Source of the DNA: Fonticula alba ATCC 38817
Lineage: Eukaryota; Protista; Nucleariida
Assembly: GCA_000388065.2 (NCBI GenBank)
Contig: KB932207.1
Direction: 5' to 3' (one strand)
Length of the DNA stretch: 64,000 bases
Shown: positions 59,855-64,000 of the stretch, piece after piece
Layout: each line of letters opens with the position of its first letter
Position numbering within the stretch: position 1 is the stretch's first letter
Notes under the pieces: generated by a model
Told to the model about the DNA's origin: nothing
Databases searched by the model: none
Seen by the model: only the letters and a program-made list of their open reading frames with translations
Made by a program: the position numbers and the translations under genes

Positions 59855-62192
59855 TCACAGGCCCACCACGCCAGAAACGTGCTCCAGCACGAACGGAGTG
59901 ATGACAGCCCGCGTGACGAAGAAAAAGATGATGCCAAGGACCAGGGAAATCGGGAGGGCAGGGAGGGCCCGCCGAAAGAAGGCAAGGAGGAAGATGGTGG
60001 ACATCAGGCCAGCTGACACCGCCACCAGGCAAGTGACCGTCGTCGTCCAGTCGGACAGGGCCGCGCGGCCCAGGAGGACGCTGTAGAAAACAAAGTCCCC
60101 AAGGCCAAGCTTGAGGCCGTCGCGCGCCTTGGCCTCGGCCGGGGGGGCGTCCTCATCTTCCTGGGCCCCGGTGTCGGCGGCATCCGGATCGGCATCCGCC
60201 AAATGGGGATCCACATCGGCCGCTTCGGCCTCGGTGCCGGACCGGAGGTCCCCCTCGGAGGCGGGGGCATGTTCAGGACTGGCCGGCACCGGGCCGGTCA
60301 GATCGTGCAACTCCACTCCCTCATCGGTGAGCAGGGCCCCTCGTGGGGGGGTGGATTGGCGCCGGCGGCCGCCTCCATTCCCCCCGTGGCGGCCCCCCGT
60401 CCGGACAGGAGCGAGCACCTCGTCCGACGAGTCGACCGGCGAGGCGTCGCTCGACTTGCCCCCACCAAGGATCCCATGCTCCGGATCGTGAGCCATGAAC
60501 CACACCATGGTGACTGAGCGGGGGGATGCCGCACATACAGGTGCATGCATATGCATACACAAACGCCGGAGGGGGGGGAGGGGGGGGGAGTGAGGCACCT
60601 GATTAGCATGCAGCCCGTCGCCACAGGGGGGAAGAACTAATGCGTGTGTGTGTGTGTGTGTGTGTGGAGGGAAGCGAATGGTTGCCGGCGCACCACTATA
60701 CAAAAGCGCCGGGATGTCCTTCTGGTGGCGGCGACTGGCTGCAATCAGCAGCTTCAGCGGGCCACAGGGCGTCAGCACGGCGATGATATCCCAGATGACC
60801 AGCAGCCCGAGCAACACCCAGGTGGTGATCTCGTTGATGCGCGTGAGGGACCAAGCCTGAGGTCCGGACCGAGAGCAAGCAAGAGGACAAAGCTGGGGTC
60901 AGTGGAAGTGCCAGGAAAGAAAAAGGGGCACCGGAGAGAGGGGCATGGGCAAAGGGCGCAAGGCATCGAGGCGTCCGCCGACGCACCAGGAGCGCGCTCA
61001 TGACCGTCAGGTACGCCTGCTGCAGGCGCAGGTGCGAACAATAAAACACCAGGACCAAGCCGCCGACGGCAAAGTTGACTGCTGCAAAGACAATCGTAAT
61101 ATAGTCCATCGGGATATTGAGTGCCAAAGATTGCGAGCTGCCGGCGTTGCGCCAGGGGGGCGGGGGCGAGACGGGGGAGACGAAGCATGAGCTGAGGGTC
61201 GGGAGGTGACACGGAAGAAAGAAAGAGGCAAAAAGGCCCCACGAACACCCGGAAGAGGATGCGAAGTGCCAAAGGAGAACGCACATGGCAAACAAGGCGC
61301 CCATGCCACCAAGCAAGACGCCGGTACTGAAAATCAGGTATCCGAAGATGATCTTGAATAGGCCAAACCAGAACATGACCGCCAGGATGATGGTCATGAT
61401 GATGACCGCCGAGATGATGATGATGGCGTCGATGATGAAGCCGCCAATGTTGTCGCCGGTTTCGACCGTGGAGAAGCCGAAAAGCCTGCCCGCCAGCGCG
61501 GGGAACGCCCGGGGGGTTAGGATGGAAAGCCGACGGACAGACGAAGGAAAGGTGGAGGGCGGGGGAGGGCGGGGGAGNNNNNNNNNNNNNNNNNNNNNNN
61601 NNNNNNNNNNNNNNNNGGGGCACAGAAGCAGCCCAACGCACCGCATGCCATCCGTGTCGGCACGCATCACGGCCTCCACCTTCACCCACCAGATGACCAG
61701 GCACATGCATATCAGCACCGGCCGGAAGATGTGGTCGATCTGGCGAACGTAGTGTCGAACGTCCTCAACAGTCATGCCACCGCCGCCGCCGCCGTCACCG
61801 CCATCGGCGCCAGGTTCCTCGCCGGGCTGCGTCTGTCCGGGATCCTCCTCGTCATCGAGGACCAGCGGCGCGACGAAAAGCTGATCCGTCGAGTCGACGG
61901 TCCCCCCGTAGCCCGGGTCCTGGCCCGAGGAGTCCGTGGGCGATGGCTGCTGCATGTCGGCCGATTCGGCGGCCCCGGGCATCGGTCCGGACAGTGGATC
62001 TTCGCTGGCGGTGTACTCCGACAGGGGCACCACGCGCGGGTCGGCCGGCGGCCCGGGCCCCAGGCGGCTGTTGTTGATTGCCGCGCCGATCCCCTCGAAG
62101 GACAGATCGTCATAGAGCACCTCGCCCTGGCCAGTGGGGTGGACTGGCCGGCGGCCGGCCAGCGGGTCGCCAGCACCGGGTGGGTCGGCCAT
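59855..62192 (-). CDS. PSEN: Presenilin (gamma-secretase catalytic subunit, GxGD aspartyl protease), 5 exons
   Basis: HIFRPVLICMCLVIW (TM1); MDYITIVFAAVNFAVGG; LQQAYLTVMSALLA; TWVLLGLLVIWDIIAVLTPCGPLKLL (catalytic Asp1); LKLGLGDFVFYSVL (Asp2); ALPALPIS (PAL). Splice phases are consistent. Confidence 0.96.
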
Positions 62193-63432
62193 GCCCGGGG
62201 GTCGGATAGAAAGCGCAAGGGAGGGCAGAAGGGTCGGAGGGAGGGCAGAGGCGGGAGAGGGGGAGCCTCGGGCTGAGGGGCAATTAAGCAGACGCGATGG
62301 CCGGCAACCGGGCAAGGGTCTTGGCCAAAGGGGTGGGCCTGTGTGCTGATGCGCCTGGGGATGAGCAAGGGCACCTGCGATCGGATGCGCACTCACCCGT
62401 GCGTCCTTGTGTTAAGGACCTGAGAGGAAGCACAAACTCACTGGCAACGGCCAAGCAACAGACCGGGGGCCGGAGCGGAGAAAAGTGGGGGAAAGGAAGA
62501 GGAGGAGGGGGAGGAGAGGATGTCTCGCTGGGCCCTGGGCTCGGACAGCTGGGCGGGGCCCCTTGAGGGTGGCCCGGCTGCTGGCCATTGATTTTGGCTA
62601 GACGCCAGTCCGCGGCGCGCGAGGCTGAACCCGGCGGATGGTGGCCCCGCCCCGCCCCGCCCCGTTTCCATGATGCCCCCCGGCTGGCGAGGGATCCGGG
62701 GGATCACCCCGATTGCCCCTGAAATGGAGTCTGCCCCCCCCTCTGTGAAAGGTGCCCCTCAGACCAACCCGGGGGGTATTTTACGCCGCGCACTCCCGCC
62801 CGCATCCCCCCCACTCATTCCACCACGCGCGAGCACAGCCCGGCCCGGCCCCTGCTGGGGCCTTTGGCCCAGGTGTCAGCCTCACGCGCCAGGCAGGCAG
62901 ATTCGCCGGGCCCGGAACCGGTCCCCGCCTCCCGGGCGCGCCCGGCCCCGCGTCCCATTTTCCAGATGAGGCCAGCCCCGGCCGCCGCGCTGTTGGCGGC
63001 CCCAATCTTCGGTATGTTAAGGCGCGCCGGCGCGTTCCCACCCCCGGCCGCCCGGCCCAACGGGAAAGAAGCGCCGGAGCTTTGCTCGAATCCAATCACG
63101 CGGACGCGCCGAAGGGCGACACTGCTTCGTTGGCAATCCGGCGTCGTCAGGCTCTCGCCACACGGCGATCGAAGCCGCGCCCGGCCGGGCCCCGGACAAG
63201 GAGCAGGACCGAGGGGGCGCGACAAGGAACGGGGGCATCCGGCGCGGGGCCGTCCCCCTCCCCCCCCCGCCCCCCCCGGGAGGGAGAGATCTCGGCCGGG
63301 TGGTCTTCATGGCGGGCCGGACCACCGGCGTGAGCACGCCAGCATGCCCGCCACTCCCCCACGCGCGTGGATTTACCCCTCCCTCTTGGCATCCTCCCTC
63401 CCGGGATTGACCCCCCCCCCCCCGCTTCCCCT

Positions 63433-64000
63433 ATGAGCGCGTCTGATGATACGCTGCTTATCCTGTATGGATCGCAGACCGGCACGGCGGCCGCCCATGC
63501 CACACGCCTGGCTATGGCCGGTCGGCGCCTCTGCCGACAGGCTGGCCGGCCGGCTGATCGCATTTCCCTGCGAAGCCTGGAACACTTTGACATGGTGCGC
63601 AGGACATCGGCCTTCTGGTTGGAGTGCTCTCGGCAGCCACTCACTCCTCCTCCTCCTCCTCCTCCTCCTCCTCCTCGACCGCGATCCCATCATCGCAGGA
63701 CACCCTGCCGGCGCACCCACGCGTGGCCATCGTCATGGCGACCACTGGCGCCGGGGAATTCCCGGTGCCCTCGCGCGTGCGTCTACTCCTGCCACTGGCC
63801 GATGGATTGACCCCGGGCGGTGGTCTGTCCCGCGGGCGAGGTCCCTCCTCGTGTGCTTTTTCCCTCGCTCACCCATGCTGCTCACCCTGCTTCGCGCATT
63901 TGGCCAGGCTGCCTGGCGACGGCTCCTCCGGGCCAGCCTCCCTCGGACTTGGCTCGCCGCGCGCGGCACCCGCATCTCGGTCCTCGGCCTTGGCGACAGC
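63433..64000 (+). CDS. 5' part of a diflavin reductase with an N-terminal flavodoxin domain, most like NDOR1/TAH18 (runs off the window)
   Basis: MSASDDTLLILYGSQTGTAAAHATRL… (FMN loop), then intron GTGCGC…CAG and DTLPAHPRVAIVMATTGAGEFP. The lack of an N-terminal membrane anchor argues against POR; MTRR cannot be excluded. Confidence 0.75.

Noticed and set aside
60770-60800. Presenilin first catalytic motif WD instead of YD
   Set aside because: WD is a known natural variant (e.g. Drosophila and C. elegans presenilins), so it is not evidence of inactivation or novelty.

Overview
This is a eukaryotic, very GC-rich, intron-rich and compact draft-genome window. It has many N gaps flanked by poly-G/C runs and microsatellites. 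The long ORFs in the track are mostly GC-rich antisense or frame shadows, so real genes had to be assembled exon by exon from GT-AG introns, whose donors are mostly GTGCGY/GTACGY. The gene content and style suggest a unicellular opisthokont resembling Fonticula (inference only). About 17 protein-coding genes were reconstructed: MMS19, mitochondrial acyl carrier protein, an orphan CxxC membrane protein, CGI121/TPRKB, Sec20, a ~1,200-aa low-complexity orphan, a small SH3 protein, a GPI-anchored Cys-rich surface protein, Serrate/ARS2, a VAMP4-like R-SNARE, an apparent LRR-Sec12 fusion, ACAD8, a Duo1-like DASH subunit, OST48/WBP1, XRN1, presenilin and the 5' end of an NDOR1/TAH18-like diflavin reductase. 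The most interesting observations are these. (1) An RI-type LRR domain, encoded roughly one repeat per exon, appears to be spliced in frame to the Sar1-GEF Sec12. (2) Both type II ER membrane proteins, Sec12 and Sec20, end in xAEL instead of HDEL. (3) A secreted GPI-anchored protein carries a duplicated 8-Cys module and a TATA-containing, long upstream region. (4) There is an 86-aa Duo1-like gene whose spliced form is not in the ORF track. (5) A VAMP4-type dileucine/acidic sorting signal is present. No tRNA, rRNA, CRISPR array or mobile element was recognised. All family assignments come from motif recognition by eye, not database searches.
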